DNA from: Clostridiales bacterium
GTDB taxonomy: Bacteria; Bacillota; Clostridia; Christensenellales; UBA1750
DNA length: 58,232 nt
Assembly: GCA_015056005.1 (NCBI GenBank)
Contig: SVHB01000005.1
Span: forward strand, 1 to 58,232
Reading direction: 5' to 3'
Shown: positions 27,697 through 37,415 of the stretch, in pieces
How the letters are laid out: each line of letters opens with the position of its first letter
Position numbering within the stretch: position 1 is the stretch's first letter
Translations under genes and position numbers: made by a program
The notes under the pieces: generated by a model
Told to the model about the DNA's origin: nothing
Database searches by the model: none
What the model saw: only the letters and a program-made list of their open reading frames with translations

Positions 27697-30573
27697 TTGA
27701 TCAGATTCGTTCTGCGAAAGATGCTAAATACCAAATGGATGGTATTCTGCCTTCTTATAGGCATAGTGCTTGCAGTTGGTATGGTGTCTTCTATCCCGCT
27801 GTTTACAAACGGCATACTCAACCGTATGCTCAGGCTCGATCTTGAGGAATATCAGCAAAACACCGGCATCTACACCGGCAGGCTTTCCTTCAAATCCCAG
27901 ATCGAGACCGCTTATAAGCCCGAATCAAGGACGCTCGCCCTTGAATACTTTGATCAGGAGATCCCAAAGCTCGCAGCCGATATAGGTCTTCCCATCGATG
28001 TATACAACAGGGTCTATCTTCTCACCGGTTTCAGGGCTGCTGTAAGCGGCGCTGAGTTTAATTACAACGAAAGAGACGATCTTTATGGTCTGGAACAGAT
28101 TCAGGTCGCTTCATTAAAAGGCTTTGACGATCATGTGACTTATCTTTTCGGTAAAGCGCCTTCGGATAAGATCACGGACGGCTGCATCGAGATCGCCGTT
28201 TCCAACAAAATGATGCGAGACTCCATATTCACCCTTGGAGGCGAATACGAGCTCTACGACATCATGGAGCGCGACCCCGCCAAAAAGCCGTTCAAGGTAA
28301 AAGTCGTGGGCATTTACGAACAGGCAGAATCGGGCGACATGTATTTCTTTGACGGTCACGGCACCAACAAGGGATACCTTATCGTGAACGAAGATGCTTT
28401 CAACGAAGCTTTTGTCTACGGCGACATCTGCTATGTCAACACCGCCGAATATTTTATGGCGCTTGATTATCACAGCGCAAGGATATCCAACATAGACGAA
28501 GTATACGACAAGCTCGTGTATTTCCAGAACTGGGTGTCCTCAAGGGGTGCGGGCACCACCAGAGCGCCCATGATAAGGATAATTGAAGGCTATGGCGAAA
28601 GCGAAGCACAGCTGCGCACGATGCTTCTGGTCATCCAGATGCCCATAATGCTGATGCTTGCGTTTTACGCTTACATGATAAGCCAGCTGATCCTTGAATA
28701 CGAAAAAAACGAGATCGCTGTGCTCAGGTCCCGCGGTTCTTCAAGAAGGCAGATCGTGCTTATATACCTCTATGAGAGCATCATAATAGGTGCGGTTTCC
28801 TTCGTGCTGGGCATCGCGCTGGGCTACTTTATGTGCAGAATGCTCGGCACCTGCAATGGCTTCCTTGAATTTGTATCAAGGACTGCGCTGACCCTTGAAT
28901 TTACCGAAAACGTATTCCTTTACGCGGGTGTGACCGTGCTTTTCTCCATCCTTACCATGCTTATCCCCGCAATAGGATATTCCAAGACCACCATAGTTGA
29001 GCATAAAACCTCCAAAACCAAGAAAAAGACTCCTCTTTGGAAAAAGATGTGCCTTGATCTTGTGCTGATCTTCATCGCCGGCTACGGTTATTACGGCTAC
29101 ACTCAGCAGATGTACACAATGACCGTCACCGGCATGGATTCAAACTCCCTGCCCATCGATCCTCTGCTGTTTGTAATTTCCACCTTCTTCATCGTGGGCT
29201 TCGGCCTTTTGATGTTAAGGATATTCCCCTACCTTATCCGTTTCATCTATTTTATCGGCAAGAAGTTCTGGTCGCCCGTGCTCTACGCTTCCTTCCTTCA
29301 GGTAGGAAGGTCCGGCGGCAAGGAGACCTTCATAATGCTTTTCCTTATCATGACCTTGTCTGTCGGTCTTTTCAGCGCCAACACGGCAAGGACGCTCAAC
29401 ACCAACACAGAAGAGCGCATACAGTACACCGCCGGCGCGGATATGATACTGACCCCGGCATGGGAAAGCAACGCGATAATCCTGACAGACGAAGCTACAG
29501 GCGAGCAGACAACCATTTTGCAGGAAACCGAAAAGGGTTATGCAAACGACCGCCTTGTTACCTATATCGAGCCTTCCTTTGTCCCCTATGAGACCATGGA
29601 GGGCGTTGAATCGGCAGCAAAGGTATTTGTAAAAACAGGCGTGAACTCCTATTACGGCACCAAGACCTCCTCCTGCGACCTTATGGCAATAGACCCCGAG
29701 GCATTTGGCAAGACCGCGTTCATGCCCGACGAGCTTTTGCCCGTTCACTGGTATAATTACCTTAACCTTCTTTCCTACGAGCAGAGGGCCTGCCTTATTT
29801 CAAGGGCATACGCAGAAGAGCTCGGCATCAAGGAAGGCGATTTGCTGAACGTATCGTGGAGCCGTCAGTCTGCGATAGATATGCGCGTTTACGGTATATT
29901 CGATTATTGGCCCTCCTATCAGTACAAGGAAGGAACCAAGGCGGCTTCCAACAGGATGATCGTCTGCAACCTTTCCTACACTCAGGCAAACATGGTCGTA
30001 GAGCCCTATCAGGTCTGGCTGAAAAAGGCGCCCGACGCTACCAGCGCTCAGATATATCATGCTATAGAAGACCAGAACCTACGCCTGTCCGAGCTGCACG
30101 ATTCCTCTCAGGAGATCGTCGCTGTCAAGAACGATCCCCTGCTCCAGGGCGTGAACGGCGCGCTTACCATGGGCTTTATAGTCACTATGATAGTCTGCGC
30201 AATAGGCTTTTTGATCTACTGGATACTTTCCATCAAAGGCCGAGTGCTTCAGTTCGGTATACTCAGGGCGATGGGTCTTGCAGGACCCAAGATGATCGGC
30301 ATGCTGCTCATGGAACAGCTCCTCATATCGGGCGTTGCCATAATCCTTGGCATTTCCACCGGCGCGCTTGCCAGTACGCTTTTCGTGCCGCTTCTGCAGA
30401 TGGTATGCACCACGGATCAGCTCGTGCTCCCCTTCCGCGTCATGTTTGAGCGCGGCGACTACATCAAGCTTTACGCAATCCTTGGCATGATGCTCACCGT
30501 CGCCTTTGTGGTACTTGGCGGGCTCATCTCGCGCATCAAGATGGCACAGGCTCTGAAGCTGGGAGAAGATTGA
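27697..30573 (+). CDS. ABC transporter permease with two FtsX-like repeats
   Basis: EIAVLRSRG and QFGILRAMG motifs; many hydrophobic segments. Confidence 0.9.
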   Translation: MIRFVLRKMLNTKWMVFCLLIGIVLAVGMVSSIPLFTNGILNRMLRLDLEEYQQNTGIYTGRLSFKSQIETAYKPESRTLALEYFDQEIPKLAADIGLPIDVYNRVYLLTGFRAAVSGAEFNYNERDDLYGLEQIQVASLKGFDDHVTYLFGKAPSDKITDGCIEIAVSNKMMRDSIFTLGGEYELYDIMERDPAKKPFKVKVVGIYEQAESGDMYFFDGHGTNKGYLIVNEDAFNEAFVYGDICYVNTAEYFMALDYHSARISNIDEVYDKLVYFQNWVSSRGAGTTRAPMIRIIEGYGESEAQLRTMLLVIQMPIMLMLAFYAYMISQLILEYEKNEIAVLRSRGSSRRQIVLIYLYESIIIGAVSFVLGIALGYFMCRMLGTCNGFLEFVSRTALTLEFTENVFLYAGVTVLFSILTMLIPAIGYSKTTIVEHKTSKTKKKTPLWKKMCLDLVLIFIAGYGYYGYTQQMYTMTVTGMDSNSLPIDPLLFVISTFFIVGFGLLMLRIFPYLIRFIYFIGKKFWSPVLYASFLQVGRSGGKETFIMLFLIMTLSVGLFSANTARTLNTNTEERIQYTAGADMILTPAWESNAIILTDEATGEQTTILQETEKGYANDRLVTYIEPSFVPYETMEGVESAAKVFVKTGVNSYYGTKTSSCDLMAIDPEAFGKTAFMPDELLPVHWYNYLNLLSYEQRACLISRAYAEELGIKEGDLLNVSWSRQSAIDMRVYGIFDYWPSYQYKEGTKAASNRMIVCNLSYTQANMVVEPYQVWLKKAPDATSAQIYHAIEDQNLRLSELHDSSQEIVAVKNDPLLQGVNGALTMGFIVTMIVCAIGFLIYWILSIKGRVLQFGILRAMGLAGPKMIGMLLMEQLLISGVAIILGISTGALASTLFVPLLQMVCTTDQLVLPFRVMFERGDYIKLYAILGMMLTVAFVVLGGLISRIKMAQALKLGED

Positions 30574-30574
30574 T

Positions 30575-31291
30575 ATGGCAGGAATACTCACTACAAACAA
30601 TATAAACCGCATATTCGGAACGGGTACCAACCGCGTCCATGCTTTGAGCGATGTCAATATGGAGATACTCGAAGGCAGGCTGACCATTTTAAGAGGCCGT
30701 TCGGGCTCGGGCAAGACCTGCATGATAAACTTACTGGGCGCGCTGGATCACCCCACTTCGGGCGAGATCTATTACGGCACAAGGAACATCGTGCGCGAGA
30801 GCGATTCCAAGCGCGACGCGCTCAGACGAACCGATTACGGGTTTATTTTCCAGTCCGTTGCGCTCATTCCCGTTATGACCGCATATGAAAACGTCGATTT
30901 CGCCATGCGTCTGGCTGGCGCCGGATTAGCTCAAAGGGATAAGCGAGTTAAGGAGTGTCTTGAGCTCGTCGGGCTAACCAAGCGCATGCAGCACAGGCCC
31001 ATGGAGCTTTCCGGCGGCGAGCAGCAGAGGGTCGCGATCGCACGCGCAATATCGCACAAGCCCAAGATCATCTTCGCCGACGAACCCACCGCCGAGCTTG
31101 ACTCACATATGGGTCTTGTCGTTATGAAGCTTTTGAAAGAGCTGGTCGACAAAGAAGGCGTGACCATCATCATGACCACCCACGACCCCAATATGTTCGA
31201 GCTGGCAGATGATGTTTACACCCTTGAAAACGGCATTATAACCGATCACATGCACGTAACTCCCGTGCCTGAGGAAAGGGCGGGTGACTGA
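30575..31291 (+). CDS. ABC transporter ATP-binding protein (LolD/MacB type)
   Basis: GRSGSGKT, LSGGEQQR and DEPT. Confidence 0.93.
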   Translation: MAGILTTNNINRIFGTGTNRVHALSDVNMEILEGRLTILRGRSGSGKTCMINLLGALDHPTSGEIYYGTRNIVRESDSKRDALRRTDYGFIFQSVALIPVMTAYENVDFAMRLAGAGLAQRDKRVKECLELVGLTKRMQHRPMELSGGEQQRVAIARAISHKPKIIFADEPTAELDSHMGLVVMKLLKELVDKEGVTIIMTTHDPNMFELADDVYTLENGIITDHMHVTPVPEERAGD

Positions 31292-32222
31292 TATGGCAGA
31301 CATGATCCGCTGCGAAAACTTAGTTAAGATATACAAAACCTCCGAGATCGAAGTTGTGGCGCTGCAGGGGCTTGATCTGAACGTTGAGGAGGGCGAGCTG
31401 ATGGCTATCATCGGCAACTCCGGTTCGGGTAAATCCACCCTGCTCAACATGCTGGGCGCGCTTGACAAGCCCAGCGCAGGCGGGCTTTGGGTCGACGGTC
31501 AGGATCTTCTCAAATTTGATGAAAAAAAGACCGTAAAATACCAAAGGGATACCGTAGGTTTTGTATGGCAGAACAACGCAAGAAACCTTCTGCCCTATCT
31601 TACCGCCATTGAAAACGTGGAAGTTCCCATGCTGATAACCGGCAAGGGCGGCAGGAACAGAGCAAAAGAGCTTTTGGAGCTTGTCGGAATGGGGCACAGA
31701 GCAAAATCCAAGCTGCATCAGCTCTCGGGCGGTGAACAGCAGAGGATAGCGATAGCTATCGCCCTTGCCAACAAACCTCGCCTGCTCCTTGCCGACGAAC
31801 CCACGGGCGCAGTTGATACCAACACCGGCAGGCAGATACTTGATACGCTCCGCTCCATAAACCGCGAGCTCGGCACCACGATCGTTATCGTAACTCACGA
31901 TATCGCGCTGCAGCATAATGTTGACCGCGTGGTCGCCATCCGCGACGGGCGCACCTCAAGCGAGTTCGTGCGTGTGCGTTCTTACCGCGATGAGCTCAAC
32001 GATCTTGAGTCCACATACGACCGCACCGTTGCAACCGACGAGACCCACGAGGAATACGTCGTTATGGACAGCGCAGGTCATATTCAACTGCCCAGGGATT
32101 ACCTTGACAAGCTTGGCATCCACGGCCGAACCAAGCTCAAGGTCACCATGGAGGACAATAATTCCGGTATGCTCGTGCGTCCTCCGGAAGAAAAGTCTGA
32201 TGTTGACACGGACTCTAACTGA
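31284..32222 (+). CDS. ABC transporter ATP-binding protein with an AbrB-like C-terminal extension
   Basis: GNSGSGKS, LSGGEQQR and DEPT; tail VMDSAGHIQLPRDYLDKLGI. Confidence 0.9.
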   Translation: MTDMADMIRCENLVKIYKTSEIEVVALQGLDLNVEEGELMAIIGNSGSGKSTLLNMLGALDKPSAGGLWVDGQDLLKFDEKKTVKYQRDTVGFVWQNNARNLLPYLTAIENVEVPMLITGKGGRNRAKELLELVGMGHRAKSKLHQLSGGEQQRIAIAIALANKPRLLLADEPTGAVDTNTGRQILDTLRSINRELGTTIVIVTHDIALQHNVDRVVAIRDGRTSSEFVRVRSYRDELNDLESTYDRTVATDETHEEYVVMDSAGHIQLPRDYLDKLGIHGRTKLKVTMEDNNSGMLVRPPEEKSDVDTDSN

Positions 32223-32434
32223 GATTATAATAAACCTATAAACTTATGATGGATGGTGAAAGGATGTTCTAATTACCTTGTACTCGCAAATTAGGCCTTG
32301 ATTTACAGGGCTTTGTTTTGGCGCGTACAGGTGATCCGAGCATCGCTTGTCCTAATTTCGCGTATTTGGCGCACAGGCGATCAGCCTGTGCGCTTTTGGT
32401 TTTAAGGGATGGGGAGGTTTGAGGGGAGACGGTT

Positions 32435-32753
32435 TTGAGGGATGGCTTTCAGCCCTCCCTCAAACTCCCACCCGACCAAGGGTTTGCACCCCTTGGATCC
32501 TGCGGCATTTGGGGATGCGGAAAATTCAGCTTCGCGTCGACGTGGCCGTAAAGGGTGGCCACGTCGAAAACAGGCGACAGGAAAGACGGGCGTTATAAAA
32601 AGAATGACCCCACGCTCTGTAATTCTCGATGGCGGCATACCTGCCGCCGCCATCGACGCATAGCCCGGCATCCCTCTATTAAAGTTTCAGGTGTCCAGAG
32701 GATGAAATCCTCTGGCGGATGAGAGTTTGAGAGAAGGCAGCGCCTTCTCTCAA
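32435..32753. repeat. Two inverted copies of the palindromic repeat unit around internal hairpins (MITE/REPIN-like)
   Basis: Forward unit 32435-32506 and reverse unit 32692-32753, both similar to 3435-3502. Confidence 0.7.
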
Positions 32754-32784
32754 GTCCCCCCCACTCCCCAAAAACGGAGGTATT

Positions 32785-34359
32785 ATGGCACAGATCACGG
32801 TATCAAATCTTACGTTTGCCTATCCCGGGGCATACGACGATATATTCAAGAACGTTTCTTTTTCCATAGACACCAAGTGGAAGCTTGGGTTTATCGGGAG
32901 GAACGGCAGGGGCAAGACGACAATGATGCGCCTGTTTATGGGTCAGTACGAATACTCGGGCAGCATCATATCGCCCGTTGAATTCTCATATTTTCCCATG
33001 GACGACTCCGAAGCAAAAAACTTTTCGAGCGCGAAGCAGTATTTAAAAAGCGTTATCGGACCTTATGTACAGCTTGAGGGCGATATGGAAAGAGCGCTTG
33101 AAAGCGGAGATAACGACCTTTACAGCGAACTGCTCATGAAATATTTAGAACTTGATGGATACGAGATCGATGCACGCCTTGAAACCGAGTGCGCAAAGCT
33201 CAATGTCGACCCGGATGCGCTTGAACGCCCCTACAATACTCTGAGCAACGGCGAGCGCACAAAAACGCTGCTTGCTGCGCTGTTTTTAAGACCAAATAAC
33301 TTCCTATTGATAGACGAACCCACGAACCATCTGGATACAGCCGGCAGAGCCGTAGTGCGCGACTATCTCTCTGGCAAGGAAGGCTATATTCTCATAAGCC
33401 ATGACCGCGCCCTGCTTGACGCCGTATGCGATCATGTGCTTTCCATCAACAGATCGACCATCGACGTGCAGGCGGGCAATTATTCCACTTGGGCTCAAAA
33501 CAAAAGGATGCGCGATGAGTACGATATCGAGCGCAACGAGCACCTGAAAGGCGAAATAAAGCGCCTGACCGAAACCGCAAGGGAAAAAGCCGCCTGGTCG
33601 GATAAGATAGAAGCATCAAAAATCGGCAGTCACGTGGCGGACAGAGGTGCGGTTGGCGCTAGAGCCGCCAAAATGATGCAAAAATCCAAAAATGCTCAGC
33701 GCCGCGTAGAAAAGAACATCGAGGAAAAGGAAAGCCTGATGAAAGACCTTGAGCTCGTGGGCGCGCTAAAGCTGCCTGCGACCGATTATGTCAAACCAAG
33801 GCTGATGGATCTTTTCGACGTTTCGATCAACTACGGACAGGGCGAACTGTTTTCACCCCGGAGCTTTTCCATCATGCGTGGCGACAGGATCGCGCTGACA
33901 GGCCCGAACGGCTGCGGGAAATCCTCACTGCTCAAATTGATATTGGGTGAAAACATTCCGCATACGGGCAAAATCTCAATGGGCGGCGGGATAAAAATAT
34001 CTTACCTTCCGCAGGAATCCGATAAGCTGCAAGGGCCTGTCAGGGAATTCGCACAAAGAGAAGGAGTGGATGAAACCCTTTTCCTGACCCTGCTTCGCAA
34101 GCTGGAATTCCCAAGAGTCCAGTTTGAAAAGGACCTTTCCCAGCTCAGCCTTGGCCAGCGCAGGAAAGCGCTGCTGGCGATCGCCCTTGCAACCGCAGCA
34201 GATCTATATATCTGGGATGAACCGCTCAACTATATCGATGTAATTTCAAGAACTCAGATAGAAGAAGCCCTTCTGTACTCAAAACCCACCATGATATTCG
34301 TCGAGCACGACGATGTGTTTGTAAACAATGTCGCAACCAAGATCATAAATCTTCAATAA
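32785..34359 (+). CDS. ABC-F ribosomal protection-like protein, Lsa/CplR-related
   Basis: N-terminus NLTFAY...IFKNVSFSIDTKWKLGFIGRNGRGKTT; two NBDs and no transmembrane domain. Confidence 0.85.
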   Translation: MAQITVSNLTFAYPGAYDDIFKNVSFSIDTKWKLGFIGRNGRGKTTMMRLFMGQYEYSGSIISPVEFSYFPMDDSEAKNFSSAKQYLKSVIGPYVQLEGDMERALESGDNDLYSELLMKYLELDGYEIDARLETECAKLNVDPDALERPYNTLSNGERTKTLLAALFLRPNNFLLIDEPTNHLDTAGRAVVRDYLSGKEGYILISHDRALLDAVCDHVLSINRSTIDVQAGNYSTWAQNKRMRDEYDIERNEHLKGEIKRLTETAREKAAWSDKIEASKIGSHVADRGAVGARAAKMMQKSKNAQRRVEKNIEEKESLMKDLELVGALKLPATDYVKPRLMDLFDVSINYGQGELFSPRSFSIMRGDRIALTGPNGCGKSSLLKLILGENIPHTGKISMGGGIKISYLPQESDKLQGPVREFAQREGVDETLFLTLLRKLEFPRVQFEKDLSQLSLGQRRKALLAIALATAADLYIWDEPLNYIDVISRTQIEEALLYSKPTMIFVEHDDVFVNNVATKIINLQ

Positions 34360-34372
34360 AAACAGCGCACGA

Positions 34373-34969
34373 TCAAATCGTGCGCTTTATAAATGTATCC
34401 TGTTTTACCAAACAAACGTTAAACCCGGCCTTTTTTGCCGTATCTGCGGCAGTTTTTGAATCTTCAAATACGACCGCATCTTCCTTTTTAACGTTCAAAA
34501 GCTTCAGCGAAAGCTCGTAAATATCGGGACGGTCTTTCCCGCAGCCCAATTCATCGCAGGAATATATCCCCACGAAGCATTCTGCTATCCCATGCCTCTT
34601 CAAGGCAGCCTCGATAAGCTCCTTTGAACCAGCAGTCGCAATCAAGAGCTTCACACCATCGGCATGAAGATGCAAAACATACTCCTTTACCCCCGGCAAA
34701 AGCTCCGCTTCGTTTTTGTAGAACGCTTCCATCATTGCCATTATGCCGCTTTGGATCATCTCTGCGCTGCGCTCCGGCAGAAACTCATTCTGCAAAAGCT
34801 CACAGCCCTTCAAAAAGCTGAGCTCGGCGGCTCGCTCGTCTATATCACCCGTATCGGTTATTCCAAGGCTTTTTAAGTATTCGCTCGGAGCGTGCTCCCA
34901 TTTGTAAAGGCTGTCTATGAGCGTTCCGTCCGCGTCAAAAATTGCACCGGCAAATTTGAACTTTTTCAT
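34373..34969 (-). CDS. HAD-family phosphatase
   Basis: FDADGTLIDS, K.RPDIY and VFEDS. Confidence 0.88.
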   Translation of the reverse strand: MKKFKFAGAIFDADGTLIDSLYKWEHAPSEYLKSLGITDTGDIDERAAELSFLKGCELLQNEFLPERSAEMIQSGIMAMMEAFYKNEAELLPGVKEYVLHLHADGVKLLIATAGSKELIEAALKRHGIAECFVGIYSCDELGCGKDRPDIYELSLKLLNVKKEDAVVFEDSKTAADTAKKAGFNVCLVKQDTFIKRTI

Positions 34970-35583
34970 AGTCTTGACATAACCACGGCAAGCACGCCGT
35001 TTTTGACTGATATATAAGCTTTTTCATCCCGCCATTCGTTGCTGGTGCCTATGGGGAAGGTGTTTTCTAAAACCGCATTCTCCACCTCGTATTCAAGCCC
35101 TTTTATATAAACGCCTTCGCTTTTATCGCTAAGGGAGAATACCGAAACCGAAAAGTTTTCGTCCCTGCGTATCTCGGCTTCACGCCCCGAAAACACTATC
35201 ATTTTCGTGTTTTCATCGCCAATATATACCTTTGTCCCGCTTTTTGCGGCAAACGAGGCTGCCTGAAGATTGGCAAAAAGATGATCGAACCTGCCGCCCA
35301 AGGCACACTCTATAAAAATCTCGTCGCAGCCCGCTTCCACTGCGCGCCTGACGGCTATCATGGTGTCGGTGTCATCCTTTTTGGAAGGAAATCGCTCGAT
35401 ATTCAGCCCGCTTTCCAGTTCGCCTTCATACGAGTCAAAATCACCCACGACCAAAGTGGGAGTTATACCGCACCTTTTTGCATATTCATAACCCTTATCG
35501 CAGGCGATTATCATATCCGAATCCTGCGCATATAAAACGGGCGAAAAATCTCCGCCCGAAATTATCAAACATTTTTTGTTCAA
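34966..35583 (-). CDS. thiN: Thiamine diphosphokinase
   Basis: ACDKG, GDFDS, KDDTD, GGRFDH and GTSNE. Confidence 0.93.
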   Translation of the reverse strand: MNKKCLIISGGDFSPVLYAQDSDMIIACDKGYEYAKRCGITPTLVVGDFDSYEGELESGLNIERFPSKKDDTDTMIAVRRAVEAGCDEIFIECALGGRFDHLFANLQAASFAAKSGTKVYIGDENTKMIVFSGREAEIRRDENFSVSVFSLSDKSEGVYIKGLEYEVENAVLENTFPIGTSNEWRDEKAYISVKNGVLAVVMSRL

Positions 35584-35598
35584 AGCACTGACCTTCCG

Positions 35599-36078
35599 TT
35601 AATCCTTAAAAGTATTTGCCCATTCAAGCAGCTCATCTTCCGTCACGCCGCGCTTGAACACCCTGCCCTCGATGAGCTGAGCGCCCGGGCAGCTCTTTTT
35701 CAGCGTGTCTACGGTCTTGCCAAAGCCGCTGCCCCCCGAAGTTGCAAAAAGAACGACCTTCTTGCCCGTAAAATCGTAGTCTTCAAGGAAGGTATTTATG
35801 ATCGTGGGCGCGATATACCACCAGATCGGGAAGCCAATAAAAACGGTCTCGGCCGAGGAAATATGCGCGCCGTGGTCTGCAAGCGGCGGTCTGAACGCGA
35901 GGTCATGCATCTCAACGGACGAGCGCGACTGCTTATTGCGCCAGTCAAGGTCTTCATCAGTATAAGCTGTCTGCGGTCTGATTTCGTAAAGCTCGGCATT
36001 AAGCACACGCGCAAGCTTTTTAGCCACTTTGGCAGTTACTCCGCTCGCGGAAAAATAAGCCACCAGATTCTTACTCAT
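35599..36078 (-). CDS. Flavodoxin
   Basis: YFSASGVT, GFPIWW and FATSGGSG. Confidence 0.92.
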   Translation of the reverse strand: MSKNLVAYFSASGVTAKVAKKLARVLNAELYEIRPQTAYTDEDLDWRNKQSRSSVEMHDLAFRPPLADHGAHISSAETVFIGFPIWWYIAPTIINTFLEDYDFTGKKVVLFATSGGSGFGKTVDTLKKSCPGAQLIEGRVFKRGVTEDELLEWANTFKD

Positions 36079-36290
36079 GATACTACCTCCATTCAGTTTT
36101 TTGTTTGTTCAACTACATGATAACACATGTTTATAAAAAATCAATATTTATTTTTACTAACTAATTTACATTGCGTCGTTGTGCAGAGTCCGGCTGTGCG
36201 ATATACTATATCATATGGCAGCTGATTACATCCGAACACACAAAACATCTGCCGTATGCAGATCATGAGCAATGGTCAGGAGGATCGAGA

Positions 36291-36971
36291 ATGGATATTG
36301 AGCATTATTACATAGAAAAGGGGCAAGGCGTTCCTCTCATCCTTCTTCATGGTAACGGAGAAAACAGCAGCTATTTTCAAGGACAAATAGATGAGTATTC
36401 AAAGCTTTATCATGTATACGCGATAGATACCAGAGGGCACGGCCTGACGCCAAGAGGAAGTATGCCCTTTACGATACGTCAATTTGCTTTCGATCTGCTG
36501 GGATTCATGGATAAGCATCAGATCAAAAGCGCTCATTTGCTCGGATTTTCGGACGGTGGAAACATTGCTATGGTATTTGCTTTGCAAAATCCAAGCCGCG
36601 TAAACCGTTTGATACTGAACGGTGCAAATCTAAACCCGAACGGAGTAAAGCGAACCACTCAACTTCCCATCGAGATAGGCTATAAAATCGCAAAAATCTT
36701 TTCCGGTAAATACGAATCAGCTAAAACGAATTCAGAAATGCTGGGACTTATGGTCAACGATCCAAACATAGCGCCTGATGAGCTTGCGGGGATAAAAGCA
36801 AAAACATTGGTCATTGCCGGGACCCGCGATATGATCAAGGCAGAGCATACAAAACTTATCGCAGCAAGCATTCCAAATGCTAAGCTTCAGTTTATTTTGG
36901 GAGATCATTTTATTGCAAATAAACATCCTCATGAATTCAACGCAGCGGTTTTGAAATTCCTGCAGTCTTAA
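36291..36971 (+). CDS. Alpha/beta hydrolase
   Basis: LLHGNG, DTRGHG, nucleophile elbow GFSDG and GDH; start at ATG 36291 behind AGGAGG. Confidence 0.88.
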   Translation: MDIEHYYIEKGQGVPLILLHGNGENSSYFQGQIDEYSKLYHVYAIDTRGHGLTPRGSMPFTIRQFAFDLLGFMDKHQIKSAHLLGFSDGGNIAMVFALQNPSRVNRLILNGANLNPNGVKRTTQLPIEIGYKIAKIFSGKYESAKTNSEMLGLMVNDPNIAPDELAGIKAKTLVIAGTRDMIKAEHTKLIAASIPNAKLQFILGDHFIANKHPHEFNAAVLKFLQS

Positions 36972-37045
36972 AAGCAGCAAACAGAATATATGAACAAAAA
37001 GACCGAAAAGCGATATGCCAACGCTTTTCGGTCTGATAAATTTGT

Positions 37046-37377
37046 GCGAGACTTCCCATAAGCCGGGTTCTGTCGTGAACGGCCATCTATCTGGACATAT
37101 TGTTGCCAATATGCTCTAGCGATTACATGAGGCGCGACGAGCAGCCGCATATGCCCCCATATCAATCTTGCTCCGGACGGGGTTTACATGACGCGATCGT
37201 TACCGAAAGCGCCGGTGAGCTCTTACCTCGCCTTTCCACCATCACCGGAATAAATTCCGGCAGACTCTTTCTGTTGCACTTTCCCTGGAGTCGCCTCCGC
37301 CGGGCGTTACCCGGCGCCCTGCTCTGTGGAGCCCGGACTTTCCTCGCGCAAAGCGCGCGGCCGTTTGTGAAGCTCGC
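37046..37377 (-). ncRNA. rnpB: RNase P RNA, bacterial type A
   Basis: Minus strand has GAGGAAAGUCCGGGC, AGUGCAACAGAAA, GUAAACCCC and ACAGAACCCGGCUUAU; the two ends pair as P1. Confidence 0.96.
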
Positions 37378-37415
37378 AAAACTTTATGCAAACGAAGGAG
37401 TACTTCGCTGCTTTA

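Noticed and set aside
32402-32671. Short ORFs on both strands of the repeat region
   Set aside because: They are translations of the palindromic repeat; similar peptide text appears at 3312-3548
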